Below are positions 46,636 through 55,458 of a DNA stretch of 64,000 nucleotides, piece after piece. Below the pieces are notes generated by a model. The model searched no databases and was not told the origin of the DNA. It worked only from the letters and a program-made list of their open reading frames with translations. This DNA comes from Nitrososphaerota archaeon. GTDB lineage: Archaea; Thermoproteota; Nitrososphaeria_A; Caldarchaeales; Calditenuaceae. Every line of letters starts with the position of its first letter. Positions within the stretch are counted from its first letter, which is position 1. The DNA lies in assembly GCA_033581555.1 (NCBI GenBank), contig JAVQSZ010000002.1:70065-134064 (forward strand), written 5' to 3'. Position numbers and translations under genes: made by a program.

Positions 46636-47562
46636 GTGATCTCTCGGATGGGCGCGGCGGTCGAGTCGGAGGACCTCTGGAAGACCTACGACGGCCAGAA
46701 CTGGGTCCTGAAGGGCGCGACCCTCACGGTCAACGAGGGCGAGGTCTTCGCGCTCCTCGGGAGGAACGGAGCCGGGAAGACGACCTTCATCAGGATAGCC
46801 TGCACGCTCCTCAAGCCCAGCAGGGGGACGGTCAGGGTGCTTGGGCGCGACGTCATCGCGGACGCTGGGTGGATCAGGAGGAGGATCGCGGTGGTGCCGC
46901 AGGAGGGGAGGCCGTCGAACCTCTCGACGCCATGGGCCCACGTCTACTACTACCTGATCGCTAGGGGGATGCCCAGGAGCGAGGCCGCGAGGAGGGCGAG
47001 TGAGTACCTCGAGGCGATGGAGCTTTGGGAGGTCAAGGACGTGATCTGCGGCAACCTCTCAGGAGGGATGAGGCAGAGGGTCTACGTCGCGATGGCGATG
47101 GCGACCGAGGCCGACGTCCTCTTCCTCGACGAGCCAACGATCGGGCTGGACCCCATCTCGAAGACGACGATGTGGTCCCAGATCAGGAGGGCCTCCGAGG
47201 AGGGGAGAACCGTCATAGTCACCACCCACAACATGGAGGAGGCCGAGACGATCTCCGACAGGGTCTCGATCATCAACGCCGGGAGGATCGTCGTGACCGG
47301 GAGCGTCGAGGAGGTGATGAGTGCCGTCGAGTACGATTACAGGGTCGACGTCGAGGGGATGGCTGACCCGCAGGAGCTCAACGCCTACGGTCCCGTCAGG
47401 CGGATCGGTGACCGGTTTAGGGTCCTAACGACCGCGTCCGGCGCGAGGGAGCTCGCGGAGGTCGCGGTCGAGAGGGGTTGGAGGGTGAACGTCTCCAAGA
47501 CCTCGCTCGAGGACGCCTTCATCTTATTGGCGGGTGGTCACGTTGAGGATGAGGCTCGCTGA
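46636..47562 (+). CDS. ABC transporter ATP-binding protein (ABC-2 associated)
   Basis: 308 aa. Walker A GRNGAGKTT, signature LSGGMRQRV, Walker B LFLDEPTIGLD. Confidence 0.8.
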   Translation: MISRMGAAVESEDLWKTYDGQNWVLKGATLTVNEGEVFALLGRNGAGKTTFIRIACTLLKPSRGTVRVLGRDVIADAGWIRRRIAVVPQEGRPSNLSTPWAHVYYYLIARGMPRSEAARRASEYLEAMELWEVKDVICGNLSGGMRQRVYVAMAMATEADVLFLDEPTIGLDPISKTTMWSQIRRASEEGRTVIVTTHNMEEAETISDRVSIINAGRIVVTGSVEEVMSAVEYDYRVDVEGMADPQELNAYGPVRRIGDRFRVLTTASGARELAEVAVERGWRVNVSKTSLEDAFILLAGGHVEDEAR

Positions 47563-48310
47563 GGGCTTAGTCCACTTCGTGAAGTCGGTTTACGCCTCGA
47601 CGATGCTCTTCGGGGTGATCCCGTTCAAGCAGAACCCACTCTGGTCGCTCTCGCCGATGCTGGCGCCGATGGCCTTCCTCCTCTTCCTCTCGGTCTACGG
47701 GATACGTGAGATCGTGCCTTACGCGCTGATAGGTGGGATGACCTCGATCGTCGTCGCGAACTCGATCACGATGGAGTCGGACGCGGCCTTCAACAGGCTG
47801 ATCCTGAAGATAGAGTCGATGTTCGTCCTAACGAGAGGCGGCCTGATACCCTACGCGGTGGGGTTGGCGCTCGGGAACCTGATCAACGCGCTGCCGGGGA
47901 TGCTGGTCTTCGGGGCGTTACTCTGGACCCTCGCAGGGGTGAACCAGCTCTGGAGCTGGGCGGTGTTCCTAGGAGCGCTGGCGGCGACGTGGGCGATCGT
48001 CTCCATGGTGGGCTACTACATCAGCACGTTCGCACGGGACATCAGGGACCTCTGGGTCTACTCGCCGATCTTCACCGGCGTCTTCTCCTACCTGCCACCG
48101 GTCTTCTACCCGCTCGAGAGGATCCCGTGGACTGAGCTGAAGTATTTCGCGTACGTCTCCCCGACCACCGCGCCCGCGAGGCTGATGCAGGCGGCCGCTG
48201 GCCTCGTGAGTATCACTTGGACCGAAGCCCTCCTCCTCTGGCTGTTGCTCCTGGTCCACGGCTCGATCGTCTTCGTTCTGCTCCACCGCAGGCTAAGGAG
48301 GCCCATCTGA
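47534..48310 (+). CDS. ABC-2 type transporter permease
   Basis: 258 aa, six TM segments; overlaps the upstream ATPase by 29 nt. Confidence 0.7.
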   Translation: MVTLRMRLAEGLVHFVKSVYASTMLFGVIPFKQNPLWSLSPMLAPMAFLLFLSVYGIREIVPYALIGGMTSIVVANSITMESDAAFNRLILKIESMFVLTRGGLIPYAVGLALGNLINALPGMLVFGALLWTLAGVNQLWSWAVFLGALAATWAIVSMVGYYISTFARDIRDLWVYSPIFTGVFSYLPPVFYPLERIPWTELKYFAYVSPTTAPARLMQAAAGLVSITWTEALLLWLLLLVHGSIVFVLLHRRLRRPI

Positions 48311-48355
48311 CAGGTCGGGGCTCACGGTGATAAGAGGGCTCCGCGGAGGGCCGGC

Positions 48356-48823
48356 GTGGAGTTCACCCTTAGGGCGGTCGGCGTCGTGAGGGTCGAGGCC
48401 TCGGAGGAGGAGGTGAGGGAGAGGTCCGGGGAGCTGCGGGGGACCGTAGAAGTCTTCCCGGAGTTCGAGGAGGCCCTCGAGGGGATCGAGGGGTACACGC
48501 ACCTATTCCTGATCGCCTACCTGGACAGGGTCCAGCAGAGGCTGCTCAAGGTCAAGCCGAGGAGGCTCCTCAGGAAGGGCTTCAGGGAGGAGGACCTCCC
48601 GGAGCTCGGGGCCTTCGCGACCGACTCGCCGGTGAGACCGAACCCGATCGCGCTGACCCTCGTCAAGCTGGTGAGGAGGGAGGGGAGGTTCCTCCACGTC
48701 GAGGGCCTCGACCTCTTCGACGGCACGCCGGTGCTCGACATCAAGCCCTACAGGTCCGACTACAGGGCTAGGGAGTTCAGGGTCCCCGAGTGGGTGAAGT
48801 TCAACTCGCGCCCCGAGATCTGA
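48356..48823 (+). CDS. trmO: TsaA/YaeB-family tRNA methyltransferase (TrmO-like)
   Basis: 155 aa. GYTHLFLIAYLDR, SPVRPNPIALTLVKLV and GLDLFDGTPVLDIKPY are hallmarks of the YaeB/TrmO beta-barrel family. Confidence 0.75.
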   Translation: MEFTLRAVGVVRVEASEEEVRERSGELRGTVEVFPEFEEALEGIEGYTHLFLIAYLDRVQQRLLKVKPRRLLRKGFREEDLPELGAFATDSPVRPNPIALTLVKLVRREGRFLHVEGLDLFDGTPVLDIKPYRSDYRAREFRVPEWVKFNSRPEI

Positions 48824-48827
48824 ACTG

Positions 48828-49439
48828 CTACTGCCCGGTCAGCGCCCTGACGACGATCGATCTCAGCTGCTCCTCGGCCCTCTTCAACCTATAGTCCAGC
48901 GTCGAGTCTATCACCATGCTGCCGTCCGGCCTCGAGGCCCTCACGCCCCCGATCACGGGTATCGGTCTAACAGAGACGTTCACCTTCACGCCCCTCTCCT
49001 TTGAGAGCTCCTTCGCGATCGACCTGACCGCCTCCATGTCCTCCGCGCAGGTCTCAACGACGACCTCCTCGGTCCCGAGGTACTCTACGGCGTCGGAGAG
49101 GCTCCTCCTCAGGAACTCCCTGTACTCCTTCGAGCCCCTCATCGACTTAACCCGCTCCACCGCGTCCCTGATCGCCGCGTCGACCATCCTCTCCATCTCC
49201 TCAAGGTAGGCCCTCCTCGCCTCGAGCTCCAGCTGGCCGGTCCTCCGCATCCTCTCGGACTCCACCTCCCTGATGACCCGCTCCATCTCCGACCTCAGCT
49301 CCTCGAGGAGCCTCGCGCCCTCCCTCTCGAGCCTCTCAAGGACCCTCTTCCCGGCCTCGTCGAGCTTGGACTCGTAGACGATCAGGGCCTCCGAGACTAC
49401 CTCCTCGATCAGGCGCTCTAGCGTAACGGGCGCCGACAT
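48828..49439 (-). CDS. A/V-type ATPase subunit E-like protein (orphan, outside any atp operon)
   Basis: 203 aa. Long N-terminal coiled coil, then C-terminal globular motif PVIGGVRASRPDGSMVIDSTLDYRL (GGV..S.DG.I..DNT...RL). Confidence 0.5.
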   Translation of the reverse strand: MSAPVTLERLIEEVVSEALIVYESKLDEAGKRVLERLEREGARLLEELRSEMERVIREVESERMRRTGQLELEARRAYLEEMERMVDAAIRDAVERVKSMRGSKEYREFLRRSLSDAVEYLGTEEVVVETCAEDMEAVRSIAKELSKERGVKVNVSVRPIPVIGGVRASRPDGSMVIDSTLDYRLKRAEEQLRSIVVRALTGQ

Positions 49440-49549
49440 CGCGGACCCTCCTCTCGCCGTGGATATAACCTGATACCCGGCGTCGGAGCCCCTCTCGACC
49501 CATCTGGTCGGGGACCACGTTTAAGAGCCCGAGGGGACGAATCGGGACG

Positions 49550-49993
49550 TTGAGGACGAGGCTGTTCCGGTGCACGGACTGCGACCTCGAGGTCAGGCTC
49601 CAGGCGTGGAAGGCCGTCTGCCCTAGGTGCGGCAAGCAGTACACGCTCGTGCCGGTGGAGGAGAGGCTCCCGAAGGCCTCGCCTGCGTTCGCGTACGCCT
49701 CCGCCGCGCTCCTCATCGCGTCTGGCCTCGCGGCCGCGTCGTCCTCGGTCCCCTATTGGGGCGTTGCGGTCGCGTCGGCACTCCTCGCCTCGGTCGCGGT
49801 GCTCACGAGGTCGCTCGGGGGCCACCTGATCGGGGCCTCGGTCGGCCTCGCTCTGGGGCTCCTGTTCGGGGTCTTGATCTCCACGAACCCGGTAGTCCTC
49901 GTCGCGGGCCTCGCCTCGTCGGCGCTCTCGGTCTACGATGAGATCGCGGTCTCGGGCTCCAAGAGGAGGCTGTTGGAGCTCAGGAGCCACTGA
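49550..49993 (+). CDS. Zinc-ribbon membrane protein, function unknown
   Basis: 147 aa. N-terminal C-x2-C...C-x2-C (CTDCDLEV...CPRCGKQ) followed by three hydrophobic helices. Confidence 0.45.
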   Translation: MRTRLFRCTDCDLEVRLQAWKAVCPRCGKQYTLVPVEERLPKASPAFAYASAALLIASGLAAASSSVPYWGVAVASALLASVAVLTRSLGGHLIGASVGLALGLLFGVLISTNPVVLVAGLASSALSVYDEIAVSGSKRRLLELRSH

Positions 49994-49995
49994 AC

Positions 49996-51861
49996 TCATT
50001 TAGGCAGAAAGGCCCTGATCCTCTTGCCCTCCGCCAGGGCCGAAAGGAGCGCCTTGCCGGCCTCGGTCCCTTTCGAGACCTTGACCTTCCCCCTCCTTCC
50101 GACGGTCGCCGTGAGGAGGTATTCGCCCTCGACGTAGACGCTCACGGGCCTGCCTACCTCGACGTCCTTCACCGTCAGGACGATGGAGGGGCCCGCGTCG
50201 CTGACCGAGCACTCGACCTCCTCTCCGATCGCGTCCGGGTACGGGACGACCTTCACCCTCACGCCGTGGACCCTCTCCACCTCCTTCAGGGCCCTCCCGA
50301 GGGACTTGCCAGCCGCCCTGAGCTGAGACCTGTCGACCATCACGGCTATCGTGCCTTCGGGAGAGGCCTCGAGCCTGAAGCCCTCGACGCCCGCGCCCCT
50401 CATGAGCTCCTCGACCTTGGAGACGGCCTCCTCCACTCCCCTCGGCTTGAGGGAGACTACCACCCGCTCCTCGCCGAAAGTGTAGATCTCATACTCGAGC
50501 TCACCGGTCTCGAAGTCCCTGACCTCGACCAGCGGCCTGACGAGGTCCTCGTTCCTCATCCCCTTCGGGAGCCTGACGGTCAGCGACAGCTCCAGGACCT
50601 TCTGGACTTTTCCGTCCCTGAGGAAGATCACCGTGTCGACGATGTGCGGCAGCATCCCGAGCTCGGTCCGCTCGAGGAGCCGCTGGATCGCGTCGATCGG
50701 GTCGCTGGCGTGTATCACGCCGACCATCCCAACCCCAGCGAGCCTCATGTCGATGAAGACTTGGAAGTCCTTGGGCCTCCGCATCTCGTCGAAGATCGTG
50801 TAGTCCGGCCTCACGAGCAACAGCACCTCCGCGGTCTTCTCGAAGTCGCCCTCCAGGGGGCCGTACTGGGTGATCTCAGGCCCGACGAGGAGGTCCCTCG
50901 GCGACTCGAGGGTCTTGACGACCTTCCCCAGCCTGGAGTAGAACTCCGCAAGCGAGGAGGCGAAGGTGGTTTTGCCGGACCCGGGCGGGCCCGCGATCAG
51001 AATCCCTTCCGCCCTCTTCGAGAGCCTCGCGATCAGCCTCTCGCTCAGGTTGTAGTCCTCGAGCCTCATCCTGACCAGGGGCCTGACGACCGTCAGCTCC
51101 AATTCGTCGCTGAAGGGGGGCCTCGCGACCGCGATCCTCAGGTCCCCGAGCTGCGCGACCATCGCGCCCTGCCTGACGATCTCGACGTAGCCGTCTTTAG
51201 AGTTCCTCAAGGCCCACATCAGCTCGTCGACGTAGGCCTGGACCTCCTCCTGCGAGAGCGGCTCCTCCCTCAACCTGACCAGCGTGACCGAGCCCGGCCT
51301 CCCCCTCTTCGCTGTCGGGGGCGCGCCGACCTTGAGGTGCAGACTGATCGTGTCGTGCGTCATCAACCTCGTCACCGAGAGCTCGCCAACTTCAGGCCTC
51401 CAGGGGACGTACACCGCCTTCACGCCCTCGGCCTCCGCGACCAGCGCCTGGACGTAGTCCGAGGTGTACAGGACAGCGCCTTCACGCTTCGCGACGTCCC
51501 TGATCAGCGCGTCGATCCTCCCTCCCCTCGCGAGCCTGATCTCCTCGAGCGTCGGCCTCTCTCCCGCGAACCTCAAGGCGACCGAGGCCGACTGCCCCAG
51601 CTCCCTGATCCTCTTGATCTCCTCAAGCCCGACGAGCCCCTCTCCCCTGCCCCTTGAGGCCTGGGCCTGGAGCTCGTCGAGGGCAGGGACCGGAACGATG
51701 ACCTCTGCGTCCCTCAGTTCCCCGGACTCGATCATCCTCGAGAGGACCCTGTTGATCAGGACGCTCGTGTCGGGGACGATCCTCTTCGGCTCCCCGCTCA
51801 TCTCCAGCCTCCTGAGCTTCAGCCCTCGTGCGTGGTAATAAGACAGAGCTTCCGGAGTCAC
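49996..51861 (-). CDS. PIN-domain / PilT-like ATPase / KH-domain protein (PINA-type, COG1855 family)
   Basis: 621 aa. N-terminal PIN (RIVPDTSVLINRVL). Central P-loop ATPase ILIAGPPGSGKTTFA, Walker B TIFDEMR. C-terminal KH-like region. The true start may be Met21 at 51801. Confidence 0.7.
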   Translation of the reverse strand: MTPEALSYYHARGLKLRRLEMSGEPKRIVPDTSVLINRVLSRMIESGELRDAEVIVPVPALDELQAQASRGRGEGLVGLEEIKRIRELGQSASVALRFAGERPTLEEIRLARGGRIDALIRDVAKREGAVLYTSDYVQALVAEAEGVKAVYVPWRPEVGELSVTRLMTHDTISLHLKVGAPPTAKRGRPGSVTLVRLREEPLSQEEVQAYVDELMWALRNSKDGYVEIVRQGAMVAQLGDLRIAVARPPFSDELELTVVRPLVRMRLEDYNLSERLIARLSKRAEGILIAGPPGSGKTTFASSLAEFYSRLGKVVKTLESPRDLLVGPEITQYGPLEGDFEKTAEVLLLVRPDYTIFDEMRRPKDFQVFIDMRLAGVGMVGVIHASDPIDAIQRLLERTELGMLPHIVDTVIFLRDGKVQKVLELSLTVRLPKGMRNEDLVRPLVEVRDFETGELEYEIYTFGEERVVVSLKPRGVEEAVSKVEELMRGAGVEGFRLEASPEGTIAVMVDRSQLRAAGKSLGRALKEVERVHGVRVKVVPYPDAIGEEVECSVSDAGPSIVLTVKDVEVGRPVSVYVEGEYLLTATVGRRGKVKVSKGTEAGKALLSALAEGKRIRAFLPK

Positions 51862-52850
51862 CCTCCCGGCCTCGCCCTCGCCTCCCGGATCCCGAGCACA
51901 GCCGCGACGGCCGCCCCGACTACCGGTGAGTGCTCCCCGAAGGCAGGGTCCTCGACTGAAGGGGCCTCGAGGATCAGGTAGGAGCTCATCCTCGGGATCA
52001 CCGAGCCCGCGAAGAAGTCCTTGTTCGAGAGGTATACCGAGCCGCCCAGGACGAGGACCTCGGGGTCGAGCGCGTTGACCGCTGAGGCGAGTCCAGCCGC
52101 GTGGACCTCCGCGAGCCTCGCGAAGAGCTGAGCTGCTCCCTCGTCGCCGGCGCGGTAGAGCCTGAAGGCCTCTGAGGGGTCCTGACCGCCGGAGGTGAGG
52201 TACTCGGCTAGCTCAGACGAACTCGGGATCAGCCCGTCCTCGAGGAGCCTCCTCGCAAAGGAGAGCATGTTGCCTCCGGACGCGTAGGCCTCCCAGTGTC
52301 CTCTCCCTCCGCAACCGCAGCCCATGTAGCCCGATGGGTCGACGACGACGTGACCCAGCTCGATCGCGTTCCCCCTCCTCCCTAGGAGCGGCCTCGAGGA
52401 GAGGACGCAGCCCGCGCCGATTCCGGTGCTTACGGTGACGTAGAGCAGGTCCTCGATCCCCCTTGACCTCCTCGCCCACCACTCCGCGATCGCCGCCGCG
52501 TTGCAGTCGTTCAGGACGAAGACCTCCTCGACGCCCCCGACCTCGACCACCGGCCCGACCACGTCGACCATCTCCGGCCTCCCGGCGACGTTGGGCGCCC
52601 TCAGTACCACGCCCCTCCTCGCGTCCAGAGGCCCGATCGTCGCGACGCCAGCCTCCCTCCTCACCCTCTCCCCCGCGACGACCTCCCTCACCACTTCCCT
52701 CAGAGCCTCAGGGATCGCCTCCCTCCTCCCCGACTGAGGAGTGGGCGCCCTCACGAGCTTCAGGACCCTCAGGGCCTCTGGGTCGACCAGCGCGGCCCTC
52801 AGCCACGTCGCGCCCACGTCGACCGAGAGGACGGCCTCCAACGCCTCCAC
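51858..52850 (-). CDS. ROK-family sugar kinase (glucokinase-like)
   Basis: 330 aa. N-terminal LSVDVGATWLRAALVD; ROK zinc motif GCGCGGRGHWEAYASG. Confidence 0.75.
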   Translation of the reverse strand: MEALEAVLSVDVGATWLRAALVDPEALRVLKLVRAPTPQSGRREAIPEALREVVREVVAGERVRREAGVATIGPLDARRGVVLRAPNVAGRPEMVDVVGPVVEVGGVEEVFVLNDCNAAAIAEWWARRSRGIEDLLYVTVSTGIGAGCVLSSRPLLGRRGNAIELGHVVVDPSGYMGCGCGGRGHWEAYASGGNMLSFARRLLEDGLIPSSSELAEYLTSGGQDPSEAFRLYRAGDEGAAQLFARLAEVHAAGLASAVNALDPEVLVLGGSVYLSNKDFFAGSVIPRMSSYLILEAPSVEDPAFGEHSPVVGAAVAAVLGIREARARPGG

Positions 52851-53174
52851 CTAGTCCGGCCAGCTCCACGACTTGTACAAGGAGTAGACTTCGCCTCGCC
52901 TGAAGAAGTGGTGCCTCAGCTCGGAGAAGGTCTCGGGGGCCTTCATATCCTCAGCGCTGCACTCGCCCTCCTCCTCGACGACCTTGAAGGCGACGAAGTC
53001 GCCTGCCCTCGAGCCGTAAGGCCACTGAGAGGACCTCGCGGCCGAGACGATCAGCCACGCCGCGTAGTCTACCGCAGCCTCCCTCTCCCTGAAGCACTCC
53101 GGCACACCGGCTCGCTCACCCCCCGGGACCCATCCCTTGCCTTGGACGAAGAGGAGGACCCTGTACCTCGCCAT
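52851..53174 (-). CDS. Hypothetical protein (107 aa)
   Basis: ORF immediately upstream of the ROK kinase on the same strand, with good RBS-free compact spacing. No motif recognised. Confidence 0.3.
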   Translation of the reverse strand: MARYRVLLFVQGKGWVPGGERAGVPECFREREAAVDYAAWLIVSAARSSQWPYGSRAGDFVAFKVVEEEGECSAEDMKAPETFSELRHHFFRRGEVYSLYKSWSWPD

Positions 53175-53250
53175 CGGGGCCTGAAGACCTCGGCCTCTGA
53201 TATCGCTTAGCCCGCGATACCGTTTTTACGCCGAAGACCGCGATCCGCCC

Positions 53251-54417
53251 GTGACCGTCGCCGACGGCCTCGACTCCGTGGGCACCTCGAGGATAGAGGA
53301 ACTCTTCGAGCTGGCGATGAAGATGGAGGACGCCATCAACCTCGGCGTGGGCGAACCCGACTACGACGCGCCCGAACCCCTCGTCGAGGCCGCTTGCAGG
53401 CAGATCAGGGCCGGAAAGAACAAGTACGGTCCGGTGGCAGGGATCCCTGAGCTCAGGGAGAGGATAGCTGAGAGCTACGCGGAGCGGGGGGTCGACTTGA
53501 GCCCGGAGAACGTCTTCGTCACGCTGGGCGCTCAGAATGCGATCTTCGCAGCGATGGCATCGATACTCGAGCGGGGCGACGAGGTCGCGGTCTTCTCGCC
53601 TGCCTTCCCGACTTATGCCGCGGTCGCGACGATGCTGGGGGCGAGGGTCAAGTTCGTGAGGACTTCGCCCTCGAGGAGGTACGTCCCGGACCCTGAGGAG
53701 GTGAGGTCCGCCGTAACGAGGTCTACGAAGGTCGTCGTGGTCAACTCGCCCTCGAACCCGACGGGCGCGGTCTACGGGAGGAGGGAGATGGCTGAGGTGT
53801 TCGAGGCCGCGAGGAGGGCGGGGGCATACGTCATCTCCGACGAGGTCTACGAGGAGTTCGTCTATGACGGAGAGTTCGTCAGCGCCGCCGAGTTCCTCGA
53901 CGTCCACGACAGGGTCCTGATCGCCAACAGCTTCTCGAAGACGCTAGCAGTGACCGGGTGGAGGCTCGGGTACCTGATCGCGCCCCCTGACCTCTCCGAG
54001 AGGATCGGCAAGGTCCTCCTCTACGGGCACACCTGCCCCCCGACCTTCGCGCAGCACGCGGTCCTCGAGGTCCTCGGAAGCGAGGAGGTGAAGGGGTTCG
54101 TCAGGAGGATAAGGGAGGAGTACCGGAGGAGGAGGGACGCGTCCGTTGGGGTTCTTAACGAGCACGGGATCGAGGTAGTGCCGCCGTCCGGATCGCTCTA
54201 CCTCTTCCCCAAGCTGCCAGGCCCGCTCGACGACAACGCCTTCTGCCTGAGGCTGCTCGAGCGCGAGAGAGTCGTCGCTGTCCCGGGCAGCACCTTCGGT
54301 CCGGGAGGAGAGCGCCACGTCAGGTTGAGCATCACCAGACCGCTGGACGTCCTCGTCGAGGGAGTCAGGAGGTTCGCGAGGCTCGCGAGGGCCCTGTCGG
54401 ACCTAGGCGACCCGTGA
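53251..54417 (+). CDS. Class I/II PLP aminotransferase (aspartate/aromatic aminotransferase-like)
   Basis: 388 aa. PLP-lysine motif ANSFSKTLAVTGWRLGY, NLGVGEPDYD N-terminal region. Confidence 0.8.
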   Translation: MTVADGLDSVGTSRIEELFELAMKMEDAINLGVGEPDYDAPEPLVEAACRQIRAGKNKYGPVAGIPELRERIAESYAERGVDLSPENVFVTLGAQNAIFAAMASILERGDEVAVFSPAFPTYAAVATMLGARVKFVRTSPSRRYVPDPEEVRSAVTRSTKVVVVNSPSNPTGAVYGRREMAEVFEAARRAGAYVISDEVYEEFVYDGEFVSAAEFLDVHDRVLIANSFSKTLAVTGWRLGYLIAPPDLSERIGKVLLYGHTCPPTFAQHAVLEVLGSEEVKGFVRRIREEYRRRRDASVGVLNEHGIEVVPPSGSLYLFPKLPGPLDDNAFCLRLLERERVVAVPGSTFGPGGERHVRLSITRPLDVLVEGVRRFARLARALSDLGDP

Positions 54418-55437
54418 GTGCCTCAGCCTATCGAGCTCCTCCTCGATCGCCCCGAAGTCCCGAGAGACTGCCCTGTAAGAGAGCCTGCCCCTGGTGGCGC
54501 GCTCCGCCAGGCCGATCTCGACCAAGAACTCGGCGTGGGATAAGGCCTCGAGGACAGCTAGCCAAGTGTCGACCGGGCCGAGCTCCTCGAACCTCCCCCT
54601 GGACCACGTGAGGCTTGCCGCGAGGCCGATCGCGTCCATCCAGCCGCCCATCGCCTCGAGCGCCTCCCTAAGCCTCTTCACGTGGTGCTCGAAGAGGAAG
54701 TCGACCCTCGCGCTGACGTCAGAGAACGGCTCGCCGTGGGCCGGGAGGACGACCGAGGGCCTGAGCGTCTCGGCCTTCACGAGGGACATTAGGTATGATC
54801 GGAGCGAGTTGTAACCCGGGATCGGGTAGAACGGGACGTTCGAGGTCTCCCTCGGGAGCAGGTGGTCGCCTGAGATAAGGGCCCTGGTCTCCGAGTTGAG
54901 CACGCACACGTGCCCCGGCGTGTGGCCCGGCGTGTGGACGACCACCCACGGGCTCCCCTCGCCGCCCAACCTCTCGCCCTCGCTCACGGGACCTAAGTCC
55001 TCCGGCAGGAGCTTGACGTTCCGCTCGAAGAAGGACCTGATCAGCTCCTTCACCCTCCCCTCGACGCCGAGCAGGTCGAAGAATCCCAGCTCGCTCCGAA
55101 CCGCCCCCTTCACCATCTCCAGCACGCCGATGTCGCCTGGGTGCATGCGGACACCGCACCCGAAGACCTCTGCGACCGCCCTCGAGCCTCCCGAGTGGTC
55201 GTAATGGATGTGCGTCAGGACGACATCATAGGGACCGGAGCCGCCCGCGACCCTCTTGACCTCCCCGATCAGCAGCGAGGAACTGTCCGGGAAGCCAGTG
55301 TCGACCAGCGTCCACCTGCCGCCGGCCTTTAGGAGGTAGGCGTTGACGTGGTCGACGTACTCGGAGCTCGACCACATCCTCAGCCTCCAGACTCCTGGGA
55401 GGACCTCGGAGCTCTCCGCCTCCAACCGACCCCCCAA
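54403..55437 (-). CDS. Metallo-beta-lactamase-fold hydrolase
   Basis: 344 aa. LTHIHYDHSGG (HxHxDH), later HTPGHTPGH and DH; helical C-terminal extension. Confidence 0.75.
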   Translation of the reverse strand: MGGRLEAESSEVLPGVWRLRMWSSSEYVDHVNAYLLKAGGRWTLVDTGFPDSSSLLIGEVKRVAGGSGPYDVVLTHIHYDHSGGSRAVAEVFGCGVRMHPGDIGVLEMVKGAVRSELGFFDLLGVEGRVKELIRSFFERNVKLLPEDLGPVSEGERLGGEGSPWVVVHTPGHTPGHVCVLNSETRALISGDHLLPRETSNVPFYPIPGYNSLRSYLMSLVKAETLRPSVVLPAHGEPFSDVSARVDFLFEHHVKRLREALEAMGGWMDAIGLAASLTWSRGRFEELGPVDTWLAVLEALSHAEFLVEIGLAERATRGRLSYRAVSRDFGAIEEELDRLRHSRVA

Positions 55438-55458
55438 GACCAGCCCCTCTAAAAACGG

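Noticed and set aside
50266-51657. 463-aa + strand ORF antisense to the PINA ATPase
   Set aside because: P/R/D/L-rich low complexity without motifs; typical high-GC shadow ORF.
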